From Candidatus Micrarchaeota archaeon (GTDB lineage: Archaea; Micrarchaeota; Micrarchaeia; Micrarchaeales; CABMGC01), in contig JAJZJV010000002.1 of assembly GCA_021809925.1 (NCBI GenBank), positions 7,666-71,665 of the forward strand: 64,000 nucleotides of DNA, in the 5' to 3' direction. The notes beneath the pieces are model-generated. The model was given only the letters and a program-made list of their open reading frames with translations, made no database searches and was not told the origin of the DNA. This document shows, in pieces, positions 9,512-18,541 of the stretch. Numbering within the stretch: position 1 is the stretch's first letter; each line of letters begins with the position of its first letter. The position numbers were made by a program, and so were the translations under genes.

Positions 9512-10861
9512 ATGGATGCAGAAAAGATAGTAAGCATTGCAATGAAGGAAGGTTTTGACGAGGCGGTTGTCAACATTTCAGAAGCCTCAGAGAAATATCT
9601 CAAGATAGCTAATTCTAAAATTGACTCTGTGGTTGATAAGAGAGGGATCTCCGGCAGCCTTTTTATAACAAAGAAGAATAGAGTCTTTTTCACAAACATT
9701 GAGAAAGTAGACGAAGCCCATGTGAAGAGCAAGATTAAGCTTGCGAAAAGCATGGTAGAGAGACTTCCCCCTAAAGAAGATTATTATGGTATTGCTTATG
9801 GTCCTTTCAAGTATGGGAAGAGCTCTGGATATGATAAAGAGATTAAGGAGAGGGAAGAACTTGTCTCTGAATTTGCAGAATCCTCGATAGAGGGAGCCAT
9901 CTCGCAGAAAGGAACGGAGAGATCAAAAGTTTATGGTACTGTTTACACAGAGTATATAAAATCCGAGCTCGTGAGCAGCGGAAACGTCCATGCCAGAGAG
10001 GATAGAACAGTACTGAGAATGTCGATGAGGCAAATAAACGGTGGGACGTCTTTCCAGGATTTCGCTCTTTCCAGGGATGCAAAAGGCATCGATCCATACG
10101 AATTTGGTAAGAGGGTTGGAGAGATGACAAAGAGTGTTAGTGGGGTGGGCAGAATAAAGAGCGGAAATTACGATATTGTATACGCACAATCGCCAGGGGG
10201 AGCGTTGCTATCGAACATAAATACCATGGCCACAATTGGCAGCATAGAGACGGGGAGCCCTTTGAAAGGCAGGATGGGCAAGGCAGTTGCAGCTGCAGGA
10301 GTAAGCATATATGATGACAGAACGCGCAGGGACTCTGTCGAGCATTCAGAGTACGATGATGAGGGACATCCAACCCAGAAAACAGGCATAATAGTAAACG
10401 GAAAGCTTAGAAGTTATCTGCACAACACATCCACAGCAATAAAGTACATGGCCGAGAGCACAGGGAACGCCGGACTTGTAGAGCCATCCGCTGGGCAGAT
10501 GGTTTTAACACATAAAAAACGCAGGAAGGATCTTGAGGAGCTTATAAGAGAAGTCAAGAGAGGAATCCTCATAACCAATACATGGTATACAAGATTTAGC
10601 GATTATCTGGCAGGCAACTTCTCAACCGTGCCGAGAGACCTTGCGGTTTATATAGAGGATGGGGAGAGGAAATTCCAGATCAGGCAGGGAGATGCAGAAT
10701 CAATGGTAGGGATAAGGATAAGCGAGAATATCCTGAGAATGCTTCAGAACATGGAGCTTGCTGCAGATGATACAAAGCAATCTACATCATGGGACAGCGA
10801 GGGCGCCTCATACTTCATGCCTAGTGTACTGGTACGGGATTCGCAGGTCAGCACCGCATGA
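9512..10861 (+). CDS. pmbA: PmbA/TldE-family protein (partner of TldD)
   Basis: Paralogous to the preceding gene but lacks HExxxH. The ATG at 9512 lies 5 nt after the tldD stop. The track start at 9500 is a TTG overlapping tldD by 8 nt. Confidence 0.85.
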   Translation: MDAEKIVSIAMKEGFDEAVVNISEASEKYLKIANSKIDSVVDKRGISGSLFITKKNRVFFTNIEKVDEAHVKSKIKLAKSMVERLPPKEDYYGIAYGPFKYGKSSGYDKEIKEREELVSEFAESSIEGAISQKGTERSKVYGTVYTEYIKSELVSSGNVHAREDRTVLRMSMRQINGGTSFQDFALSRDAKGIDPYEFGKRVGEMTKSVSGVGRIKSGNYDIVYAQSPGGALLSNINTMATIGSIETGSPLKGRMGKAVAAAGVSIYDDRTRRDSVEHSEYDDEGHPTQKTGIIVNGKLRSYLHNTSTAIKYMAESTGNAGLVEPSAGQMVLTHKKRRKDLEELIREVKRGILITNTWYTRFSDYLAGNFSTVPRDLAVYIEDGERKFQIRQGDAESMVGIRISENILRMLQNMELAADDTKQSTSWDSEGASYFMPSVLVRDSQVSTA

Positions 10862-10939
10862 TAGAAATCTGACGAATCCTGCAAAAGTTATAAAAGATTT
10901 GCTGAAGAAATAAGAGAAATATTGCTTAGGTGTTAATTT

Positions 10940-11296
10940 ATGCAGGTCTATGTAGAGAAGCCGAAATGCACGGGATGCGCACACTGTTTTGATGTCTGTC
11001 CAGTGGCAGTATTTGAGATGAAGGATAGGAGCTCACCAGATGCTAACAAAGATGTCGCACCTGAGGACCAGCAATGGAAAGGAAGCACAGACCAGAACCT
11101 TGTTCAGAAATGGTCAGGCGTACAGGACGGGCATAGGCATTTCGATGAGAAATTTGAGAATGGTAGTGGAGGCCTCTCGGTTGCTGTGAGCGGAGAGGCA
11201 TGCATACTATGCCAGGCATGCCTTGTGGAGTGTGAAGGGGAGTGCATAGTCATAACAGATGATAGCTCCAATGAGTACAGATCCATATACAAATAA
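10940..11296 (+). CDS. Ferredoxin-like 4Fe-4S dicluster protein with a long insertion (118 aa), copy 1
   Basis: CTGCAHCFDVCP (CxxCxxCxxxCP) and CILCQACLVECEGEC are separated by about 60 aa. GGTG Shine-Dalgarno motif is present. A paralog lies at 11591-11947. Confidence 0.7.
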   Translation: MQVYVEKPKCTGCAHCFDVCPVAVFEMKDRSSPDANKDVAPEDQQWKGSTDQNLVQKWSGVQDGHRHFDEKFENGSGGLSVAVSGEACILCQACLVECEGECIVITDDSSNEYRSIYK

Positions 11297-11307
11297 TTCC
11301 AAGCCTA

Positions 11308-11336
11308 ATTGCCTGCCAGCTTTTACAGCAGGCAAT
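11308..11336 (+). terminator. Hairpin immediately after ferredoxin copy 1, followed by T-rich sequence
   Basis: Perfect 9-bp inverted repeat ATTGCCTGC / GCAGGCAAT with an 11-nt loop. It starts 12 nt after the stop codon and is followed by CTCTTCCTTGATCTTTACTGCTTTC. Confidence 0.3.
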
Positions 11337-11410
11337 GCTCTTCCTTGATCTTTACTGCTTTCATTGGGAATATTTTTATTTATTCTGGTAGATGTAGGTC
11401 TGGAGATAAC

Positions 11411-11581
11411 ATGAAGCATGAGGATAGAGTTAAGAAACATGCTAAATTCCATTCAGAGATGGCCGATAAACTAAAGGAACATGAGGGAATAGCTGCAAAT
11501 GTAGATAAGAAGAATCTTGAGAGTACATACCACAAACTTGAGGGATACGAACTTGTCTTCAGGAAGAAGGCGAAGAGATAA
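11411..11581 (+). CDS. Small charged helical protein (56 aa), unknown function
   Basis: ATG at 11411 gives MKHEDRVKKHAKFHSEMADKLKEHEGIAANVDKKNLESTYHKLEGYELVFRKKAKR. It sits between the two ferredoxin paralogs. The upstream part of track ORF 11309-11581 looks non-coding. Confidence 0.35.
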   Translation: MKHEDRVKKHAKFHSEMADKLKEHEGIAANVDKKNLESTYHKLEGYELVFRKKAKR

Positions 11582-11590
11582 GGTGTAAAT

Positions 11591-11947
11591 ATGCAAGTTT
11601 ATGTAGAGAAGACGAAATGCACGGGATGCGCACACTGCCATGATAACTGCCCAGTCTCAGTATTTGAGATGAAGGATAGGAGCGGAAGCGATGTGAATGC
11701 GGATTCTGCTCCTGAAGCAGAGCAGTGGAAAGGCACGACAAGTCCAGATGTCATTGCAAAATGGGGGAGCAAAGAGGATGGACATAATCACTTTGCAGAC
11801 AAGTATGATGGAAAGAGTGGAGGGATATCTGTAGCTGTAAATGGCCCTTCATGCATAATGTGCCAGGCATGTCTCATAGAATGTGAGGGGGAGTGCATAG
11901 TCATAACAGATGATTCAGGGACAGTATACCACTCTATATATGAATGA
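11591..11947 (+). CDS. Ferredoxin-like 4Fe-4S dicluster protein with a long insertion (118 aa), copy 2
   Basis: Same length and same Cys pattern as copy 1. The first ~90 nt are nearly identical at DNA level (atgca[ag]gt[ct]tatgtagagaag.cgaaatgcacgggatgcgcacactg...). Confidence 0.7.
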   Translation: MQVYVEKTKCTGCAHCHDNCPVSVFEMKDRSGSDVNADSAPEAEQWKGTTSPDVIAKWGSKEDGHNHFADKYDGKSGGISVAVNGPSCIMCQACLIECEGECIVITDDSGTVYHSIYE

Positions 11948-11949
11948 AT

Positions 11950-13260
11950 TCATTGGGAGAATACATAGGCTGATGCCGCGTATTCACCTGTTCCTGAGAG
12001 CGAACCTCTCACATAGTACTCGCCCGCATTTTGAAGACATGATGCGCCATAGACCGACTCCCTGGCATCAGAGCCGCTTGTGAGAAAAGATTCTGAGCAG
12101 CCAGAAGGAAGATTAATTCCAGAACATTCCGAACCAGAGCATGCTATCATTATATATACATACGAATTGGATGACGCTACCTTGTAATTCAGGCTTATGA
12201 AGGAACCTGAAGAAGATGTAACATAGGTTTGCGGCAGAGGGATTGCTGCTGTGCTGTAAACACCAATCTCTCCAAGAGCCATGCTAGAGAATTGTGAAGA
12301 AGCAGAGCATGAATTCCCATCCTGGTATCCTGTGGTGGCATTCCCGCCAGGAGAACCAGCGCTTGAGAACCAACTCATCTTTGATATTGGCCCTCCGCCA
12401 TCGGAGCCAACACAGAGGAATGTTTGATAAGGCATTGTAGAGCTTAGGGACGAGCTTGCGGAGCTGCCTCCGATTGCAGATGTAGATGCGCTGCTAATTG
12501 AGATTGGATTGAAGATTGCAGTAATTGTGCCATCCCCTTTAATTGAGAGGTTTGCTGCTTGGCTAACAGAGTTTGAGACCAACACATTGCTTGATGTTAA
12601 CCATGATGAGAAGTAATATCCGCTTGGAGGGAGAGCGTATACAGGATAGGTTCTGCTTCCCAAGAGGACTATCTGATTGGCACTTGGATAAGGCACTCCG
12701 GAAACCAATATGTTTCCGGTTGCTGGAGAATCATATAATGTTAGATTATCCACTATTGCATTGTATGGCGATACAAATGTGGTTGCAGTTCCAGAAGTAT
12801 TGTAAAAAGTTGTGCCACAGGCCGAGGCTCCGCAGATCTGGTACCTGAGATTGAAGTTGAGGTTGACCTGAGTTCCTATTGATGGAAGAAGGCCGATGTT
12901 GTCTATGCAATAGACTGTTGATCCGACAGGAGCGATACTTGGGTAGCATGATCCGGTGTATATCGAAGTGGAGAATTCAGGAGTTATCTCAAGAGGATTG
13001 CTGGAGAAGCTTATTGGAATCCCCAAATTGTTTGTGAATATGAGAACTGCCTCTGAAGAGAATTGCCTTGACATAACTACAAGGTCGGTGCAGGGAAGCT
13101 CTGGTTCTATGTAACATGATGCAGGAGTGTAGGTGTATGTATTCTTAGATAATATTAGGGAGGCTGCAACAGCGAGGAATATTGTCAGTATGAGGAAAGC
13201 CCAAGAGTATGTGGTTATGAACTCAAGCGCGCTCTGTCCCTTTTTATTAGGTAAATGCAT
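11950..13260 (-). CDS. Large secreted type IV pilin-like protein / adhesin with a class III (prepilin-type) signal peptide
   Basis: N-terminus is MHLPNKKGQSALEFITTYSWAFLILTIFLAVAASLIL. This matches the archaeal QxSxExxxL class III signal motif after a K-G cleavage site. There is a Ser-rich linker (SISSASTSAIGGSSASSSLSST) and Cys/Gly/Ser-rich domains. The start is taken at Met16 of the track ORF. Confidence 0.7.
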   Translation of the reverse strand: MHLPNKKGQSALEFITTYSWAFLILTIFLAVAASLILSKNTYTYTPASCYIEPELPCTDLVVMSRQFSSEAVLIFTNNLGIPISFSSNPLEITPEFSTSIYTGSCYPSIAPVGSTVYCIDNIGLLPSIGTQVNLNFNLRYQICGASACGTTFYNTSGTATTFVSPYNAIVDNLTLYDSPATGNILVSGVPYPSANQIVLLGSRTYPVYALPPSGYYFSSWLTSSNVLVSNSVSQAANLSIKGDGTITAIFNPISISSASTSAIGGSSASSSLSSTMPYQTFLCVGSDGGGPISKMSWFSSAGSPGGNATTGYQDGNSCSASSQFSSMALGEIGVYSTAAIPLPQTYVTSSSGSFISLNYKVASSNSYVYIMIACSGSECSGINLPSGCSESFLTSGSDARESVYGASCLQNAGEYYVRGSLSGTGEYAASAYVFSQ

Positions 13261-13316
13261 GTTTACTAAACTCAAATAAAAGCTATAAATGGTCGCATCT
13301 TGCATCTTGTAAGGAA

Positions 13317-13589
13317 ATGGAGAGCACAGAAAGCAATTTAACCTTGAGCATGGCAGATTATAAGAGTGATTGCTTGATAAACGCTGGCGAAAATATGAGA
13401 CCGATCATGATCGCTCTCGGGGTCATAATACTCAGCATCTTGGCGATAATCGCTTTTGTTCTCAGTGGAGCTGGAATCGCCTTTTATGTTCTCGCAGTTA
13501 TAGCAATTTGCCTTGGATTCTATATGTCCTATATTCTTAGGGAAGAGGAGAGAGGAGGCAAGCAAAAGCAGAGAAAAGCAAGCAGATAA
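13317..13589 (+). CDS. Small two-TM membrane protein with a basic tail
   Basis: Sequence includes MRPIMIALGVIILSILAIIAFVLSGAGIAFYVLAVIAICLGFYMSYILREEERGGKQKQRKASR. The true start may be the Met at 13395. No family was recognised. Confidence 0.4.
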   Translation: MESTESNLTLSMADYKSDCLINAGENMRPIMIALGVIILSILAIIAFVLSGAGIAFYVLAVIAICLGFYMSYILREEERGGKQKQRKASR

Positions 13590-13611
13590 GCTGATTGGAG
13601 GGTGTCACTTG

Positions 13612-15789
13612 ATGAGCAGACTGATAATAGCTGAGAAGCCAAGCGTAGCGTTAAGAATAGCCATGGCTCTTGGAGACTCCCACCCATTCAGCCTTTACAT
13701 GAACGGAGTGCGATATTACGAGATCAGCAACGGCTCTTCATCAACATACGTAGTTTCTGCGGCAGGACATCTCTTCACAATAAAGCAGAAGTCAGATAAG
13801 AGGACCATACCTGTATTCGATGTCGAGTGGGTGGCTTCTTATAAGGTGAACAAGAAAGCATACTTTACCAAGAAATATCTTGATGTTGTGAGTGAGATTG
13901 GGAAGAAGTGTGACTTCTTCATAAATGCGTGCGACTATGACATAGAAGGTACAGTGATAGGCACAAACATAATAAAACAGATAATAAACAGCGATCCGAA
14001 CTCGAGGCTAAGCAAGGGAAATGTTGGGAGGATGAGATTCTCAACCACAACAAACAGGGACCTTATCGAAGCGTATGAGAAGATCAACGAATTCGATTTC
14101 AATAATTTCTATGCTGGAGAAGCCAGACATATGCTTGATTGGATGTGGGGTATAAACCTCAGCAGGGCATTGATGAGGGCGATATCATCCAGTGGAGTAA
14201 AGAAAATAATGAGCATAGGCAGAGTCCAGGGGCCTACGCTTGCCATACTCGCATCTAGGGAAAATGAGATAAAGAATTTTGTCTCAAAGCCATACTGGAA
14301 GATATTTGCAACGATAAGCGGAGTTCTGTTTGAGAACTCGGTTGGCGGAATATTTGAAAAGGAAGATGCAGAGAATCACCTCAGAAAGGTCGAGAATGGC
14401 GAGTTCGTTGTGAGAGAGACGAAGAAAGAGACTAAGAAGATGAGCCCATTCCCCCCATTCGACCTTACGTCCATACAAATAGAGGCAAGCAAGGTCTTTG
14501 GGATAGATCCTTCAAAGACTCTTGCAATTGCACAATCTCTTTATGAAAAATCGTACATCTCCTATCCCAGGACATCCTCGCAGAAATTGCCATACTCGCT
14601 CAACCTTCCCAGGATAATAAAGGAGCTTGCGAAGAATGATAAATACAAGGATTTTGCGGATTATCTTGCATCTAACTCAAGATTCAAACCTGTCGAGGGT
14701 GCCAAGGAAGACGAAGCGCACCCAGCAATATACCCTACTGGCGAGCTGCCGAAGAAGCTCACAGATGAAGAAGGTAAGATCTATGATCTTGTAGTCAGGA
14801 GATTCCTCTCCTGCTTCGGAGAGTTCGCATCGATTGAGAACGCGCTTGTTAGTATGGAGTGCGAAGGAGAAATATATGAAGCCAAGGGGAGCAGGGTTCT
14901 TGAGAGAGGTTGGATCGATTTTTATACATACTTTAAGCCAAAGGAAAGCATCCTTCCGGAATTCGAAGATAAAAGCAGACATAGGCCTGAAAAGGTGAAC
15001 ATGAAGGAGTTCAAGACTGAACCGCCAAGCAGATTCAACAAATCGAGTCTCATAGCTCTTTTGGAGAAGAAGGATCTTGGAACAAAGGCAACGAGGACAG
15101 AAATAATAGACACGCTCTTCAGGAGAGAGTACATAAAAAATTCAAGGATAGAAGTTACCGAGCTTGGGATGAGTGTTTACAATGCGCTAAGCAAGTATTG
15201 CGGAGCCATACTGAACGAGGAACTTACCCGAAAGCTTGAGAAGGATATGGAGAATATAATGCGTGGAACAGAGAATGAGGAAAGAGTGATCGGCGAGGGG
15301 AAAGGCATCATAGACGATATAATCAAGGAATTTATCAAGAATGAGAAGGAAATAAGCAATGAGCTTGGGGAAGGCATGAAGGGAAACGAGAGATCAAAGA
15401 TAATAGGCGTATGCAATAAATGCGGAGGCAACCTTATAATAAAGAGATCGAATGCAGGGAAGCTCTTTGTTGGATGCAGCAATTGGCCAAACTGCAATAA
15501 TGCTTATCCATTGCCTGGCGGTGCAGCGGTAGTGCCTACAGGCAAGGTATGCGAGCTATGCAAGACACCCATAGTAAAGGTTTTTAGGAGGGGAAGAAGG
15601 CCATTCCAGATGGATCTCGACCCTAATTGCGAGACTAAGAAGAATTGGGGAGTAGCGAAAGATGCTGGAAAACAGGTAGAGAAAAAAGAAGTTAAGAAAG
15701 TGGTCAGGGAAAGAAAGAAAAAAGCCGGGAGTCGGAAAGAAAGCAAGAATAATAAGCATAGTGCAAGAAAAGGCAAAGCACCAATTTGA
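13612..15789 (+). CDS. topA: DNA topoisomerase, type IA (archaeal TopA/Topo III-like)
   Basis: Toprim N-terminus MSRLIIAEKPSVA, an acidic DYDIEG motif and the catalytic-Tyr region SYISYPRTSSQKL. Two C-terminal zinc ribbons are CNKCGGN..GCSNWPNC and CELCKTP...DPNC. There is a Lys-rich tail. GGAGGGTG lies upstream of the ATG at 13612. Confidence 0.92.
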   Translation: MSRLIIAEKPSVALRIAMALGDSHPFSLYMNGVRYYEISNGSSSTYVVSAAGHLFTIKQKSDKRTIPVFDVEWVASYKVNKKAYFTKKYLDVVSEIGKKCDFFINACDYDIEGTVIGTNIIKQIINSDPNSRLSKGNVGRMRFSTTTNRDLIEAYEKINEFDFNNFYAGEARHMLDWMWGINLSRALMRAISSSGVKKIMSIGRVQGPTLAILASRENEIKNFVSKPYWKIFATISGVLFENSVGGIFEKEDAENHLRKVENGEFVVRETKKETKKMSPFPPFDLTSIQIEASKVFGIDPSKTLAIAQSLYEKSYISYPRTSSQKLPYSLNLPRIIKELAKNDKYKDFADYLASNSRFKPVEGAKEDEAHPAIYPTGELPKKLTDEEGKIYDLVVRRFLSCFGEFASIENALVSMECEGEIYEAKGSRVLERGWIDFYTYFKPKESILPEFEDKSRHRPEKVNMKEFKTEPPSRFNKSSLIALLEKKDLGTKATRTEIIDTLFRREYIKNSRIEVTELGMSVYNALSKYCGAILNEELTRKLEKDMENIMRGTENEERVIGEGKGIIDDIIKEFIKNEKEISNELGEGMKGNERSKIIGVCNKCGGNLIIKRSNAGKLFVGCSNWPNCNNAYPLPGGAAVVPTGKVCELCKTPIVKVFRRGRRPFQMDLDPNCETKKNWGVAKDAGKQVEKKEVKKVVRERKKKAGSRKESKNNKHSARKGKAPI

Positions 15790-16083
15790 TTGCTATTGGC
15801 ACAATTATTAGGAATAGCGGGTGTTGTCCAAGAAAGCAGCAATGCTGCATATAAAGAGGTTATAATGCAACTAATCATAGATGGCTATGGTAGCTATATA
15901 CACCGCAAAGAGAATCTATTTGAGGTAGAGACTAAATACCAAGAGGTTCTGCTTATCTTTATAAACCACATAGCAAAAATACGGTCTGCTGCTTTTTGAC
16001 ATCTTTTGAATAATTATTAGAGGTTAGATTTATTAAAAATCAGCTGTTGCAGAGCCTGAATTTGGCTAGCTAGGAATGCAACA

Positions 16084-17037
16084 TTATATCACTATGCCAA
16101 AGTATGCCTTCATCACAGATCCCAGAAATATGGTGGCTATCGCAGCGCTTACAGATATTAGCACCATCTCAAAAATTCTCTTCCTTATGCTGGTCCCGCT
16201 TATCACAGCTACTATTACTGATGCGGTGGACAGAGCAAGACAGACTAAGACAAGCGATGCAAAGATACCATCGTAGCCTTTAGCACCGAATACAAAAGGT
16301 ATCACTGGAACAGCTGCTCCCAGAAAATAATAGATGCCAGTATAGAATGCATCCTTTCTTGGAAGAGTGGCCTTTGCCTTGCTCTCGAGAGCTTTCTCGA
16401 CAAGCCCATGGGACTTTGAAGATAGGTATGTGCCGCCAGCCATTGAGAGTGTTCCTGAGACTCCAACTATTATGCCCCCTGCAACAACGATTATTGAGGT
16501 GCTTGCTATGACTGCAAGGCCTGCAACGACGGCAAATACTTCAACAAGGCCATCGTTGAGTCCAAGGATTATTGATCGTGTGTAATCAAGATCACCCTCA
16601 TAAAGCTGTATCTCCTTTGCAAGCTTTGCTTCGTGGGCCTCCTCTTCTTTTATCATTCTTGAGAGTTCTATCCTCTCAGCCTTTCCGAAGTGGAAGTCCT
16701 CGACGAATGAGGAATATTCGTTTAGCGTCTCTGCCTCTGACCTCTCCAGAAGCTTTATCAGAAATGCTATCCCTAGGACCTTTCCAATCATTGCTAGAAA
16801 TATTACCTTTGTTCTGAGGAGGAGAGATGGCTTCGCGTTCTCAGTCTCTTTAAGTATATTTCCCCAGAGATCTGCATGCCTATCCTCTTTCTCTGAAAGA
16901 GCCTTTAGCATGCTCCTTAGCTTCTCCTTCTTCTCAAACAGGGATAGGAGGAGGTAAACATCCCTATTTGAGCTCTCTCTCTTGAAGAACTTCTTTTCCA
17001 TGCTGCGGAGCTTTGTAGCCTTTTCTTCTTTTGTCAT
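16084..17037 (-). CDS. Ferritin-like domain fused to a VIT1/CCC1 iron-manganese transporter (MbfA-like)
   Basis: The N-terminal helical ferritin/erythrin-like part has ExxH-type pairs (EKEDRHADLW, EEEAHEAKL). The C-terminal VIT1 signature is ILGLNDGLVEVFAVVAGLA, followed by further TM helices. Confidence 0.85.
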   Translation of the reverse strand: MTKEEKATKLRSMEKKFFKRESSNRDVYLLLSLFEKKEKLRSMLKALSEKEDRHADLWGNILKETENAKPSLLLRTKVIFLAMIGKVLGIAFLIKLLERSEAETLNEYSSFVEDFHFGKAERIELSRMIKEEEAHEAKLAKEIQLYEGDLDYTRSIILGLNDGLVEVFAVVAGLAVIASTSIIVVAGGIIVGVSGTLSMAGGTYLSSKSHGLVEKALESKAKATLPRKDAFYTGIYYFLGAAVPVIPFVFGAKGYDGIFASLVLVCLALSTASVIVAVISGTSIRKRIFEMVLISVSAAIATIFLGSVMKAYFGIVI

Positions 17038-17076
17038 ATGTAGACCTTTTATTAGCTTTAATGATAATTATGAATT

Positions 17077-17646
17077 ATGCTGCCTTTTGGACGCAAAGAA
17101 CGTTATTATAATGGGAATGATGCTTATAAATATATTGAAAGGCTGCTTAAGAATGGGAAGAATATTTACATTGTCTCTCCATATATAGATAAATATTATG
17201 CTTCAAGGATAAAGGCTTACTCTTCACGAAGAAGATTCCATATAATATCATCTTCTGGTGAAAAAGAAGCCATGGATATGCTTAGAAAGGGAAGAAGCCC
17301 AATTGACCTTGCAATGGCACTGATGACTGTCTTTGGGGTAGACTCTATTTTGTATTACATAAACGCCTTCTCATCATACCTTGTTGCAATCTCGGTGATT
17401 ATTGTTGCAGTCGCACTTGTGAGCTTTAGCCAGAGCAGGAAGAAGAATATATTTGTGATGAAGCCAAGAGGCTTCGTCCATGCAAAGATGTACATATCTG
17501 AGAAGATGGCAATAGAAGGATCAGCAAACCTCACATACAAGGGAACACATAGCAACATAGAGCATATTTTGGTAACTGAGGATCAAAAAAAGATTGGCGA
17601 GCTGAGAAGAGAGTTCTGGAAGATGTGGGATTCGCTCTCAGAGTAG
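17077..17646 (+). CDS. PLD/HKD-superfamily (Nuc-like) protein with an inserted TM hairpin
   Basis: N-terminal NIYIVSPYI and C-terminal HAKMYISEKMAIEGSANLT (HxK....E......GSxN) flank the hydrophobic stretch LAMALMTVFGVDSILYYINAFSSYLVAISVIIVAVALVSF. Confidence 0.6.
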   Translation: MLPFGRKERYYNGNDAYKYIERLLKNGKNIYIVSPYIDKYYASRIKAYSSRRRFHIISSSGEKEAMDMLRKGRSPIDLAMALMTVFGVDSILYYINAFSSYLVAISVIIVAVALVSFSQSRKKNIFVMKPRGFVHAKMYISEKMAIEGSANLTYKGTHSNIEHILVTEDQKKIGELRREFWKMWDSLSE

Positions 17647-18537
17647 GGCCTCTACTGCGCCTGATGCGAAGATGCGGGGAGGTGAATTTCGTATAAGGAA
17701 GAATTTATCCCCTTCGAAGACTGGAAGCGTCTTCTCAAGGGATATCTCGTAAAGGCCATCCTTTTCATGTACCCTTGCATTCGAGTGTGAGAAATTCATC
17801 ACGACGAGATAAGATTTCTGAGATGAGATATCTTCTTTTGCAAAGCTGCTTTTGTTGAGCTTTGCAAGGAACTTCTGGATCTGGACGGGCTTTTTCGAAG
17901 ATAGTATGCTTCCTTTTTCTATTTCATCGTGCTCTATTCCCTTAAGGCCCAATCCGACACGCGCGCCTTCTCCGGCTTCCCTGAGGTCTATGTCCTGGCT
18001 CTGTATAGACTTTATCTCGATTTCCTTGCCCGAGCTGTGGAAGAGCTTATCATGTTGCAATATTGTGCCTTCAGTCACCACTCCCAGAACAACTGTGCCT
18101 ATGCCCTTGACAGGGAATGCCTTGTCTATATCGACACGCTTCTTAGAAATATTCTTGCCTTGAGTGTGAGATATGATCTTTTCAAGAACCTCTTCCCTGT
18201 TTGCTATCTCAAAATCCTTCAGGATATTTCCAGTTAGAAGGGTGCTTATATCGTTCTCTCTTGTTATTATTACATGCTTTTCTGAGAGTGAAGATGCTAT
18301 CAGAACTTCTCCGAATTCCTTATCTATGTTCTTTGTGCTTAGCAGGATCTGATCTGAGACAAGAATTGACTCTGCTACCGAATAGAACTTCTCTGAGGGG
18401 TTTGTAGGAACCAAGACCGTTATTGCGGAACCGTCTGGAGCTTTCCTATTATAGAAGGTTATGCCATTCTCAGAGCTCTTTTTGCCAATGAACTCTGCAA
18501 GGCTCTTGTCTATAGGCACGGATATTATATAATTCAT
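17638..18537 (-). CDS. EF-Tu/SelB domain-II-like protein without a recognisable GTPase P-loop
   Basis: Beta-barrel domain II pattern is FPVKGIGTVVLGVVTEGTILQHDKL....IEIKSIQ....L.EAGEGARVGLGLKGI. The N-terminal 150 aa lack GxxxxGK[ST]. The start is taken at MNYIISVP, 4 nt after the upstream stop. Confidence 0.6.
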   Translation of the reverse strand: MNYIISVPIDKSLAEFIGKKSSENGITFYNRKAPDGSAITVLVPTNPSEKFYSVAESILVSDQILLSTKNIDKEFGEVLIASSLSEKHVIITRENDISTLLTGNILKDFEIANREEVLEKIISHTQGKNISKKRVDIDKAFPVKGIGTVVLGVVTEGTILQHDKLFHSSGKEIEIKSIQSQDIDLREAGEGARVGLGLKGIEHDEIEKGSILSSKKPVQIQKFLAKLNKSSFAKEDISSQKSYLVVMNFSHSNARVHEKDGLYEISLEKTLPVFEGDKFFLIRNSPPRIFASGAVEALL

Positions 18538-18541
18538 CACA

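Noticed and set aside
13317-13394. N-terminal extension (MESTESNLTLSMADYKSDCLINAGEN) of the small membrane protein
   Set aside because: It would leave only 56 nt for two divergent promoters. The hydrophobic core starts at MRPIM (13395). The extension is uncertain, so the full track ORF is reported with a note.
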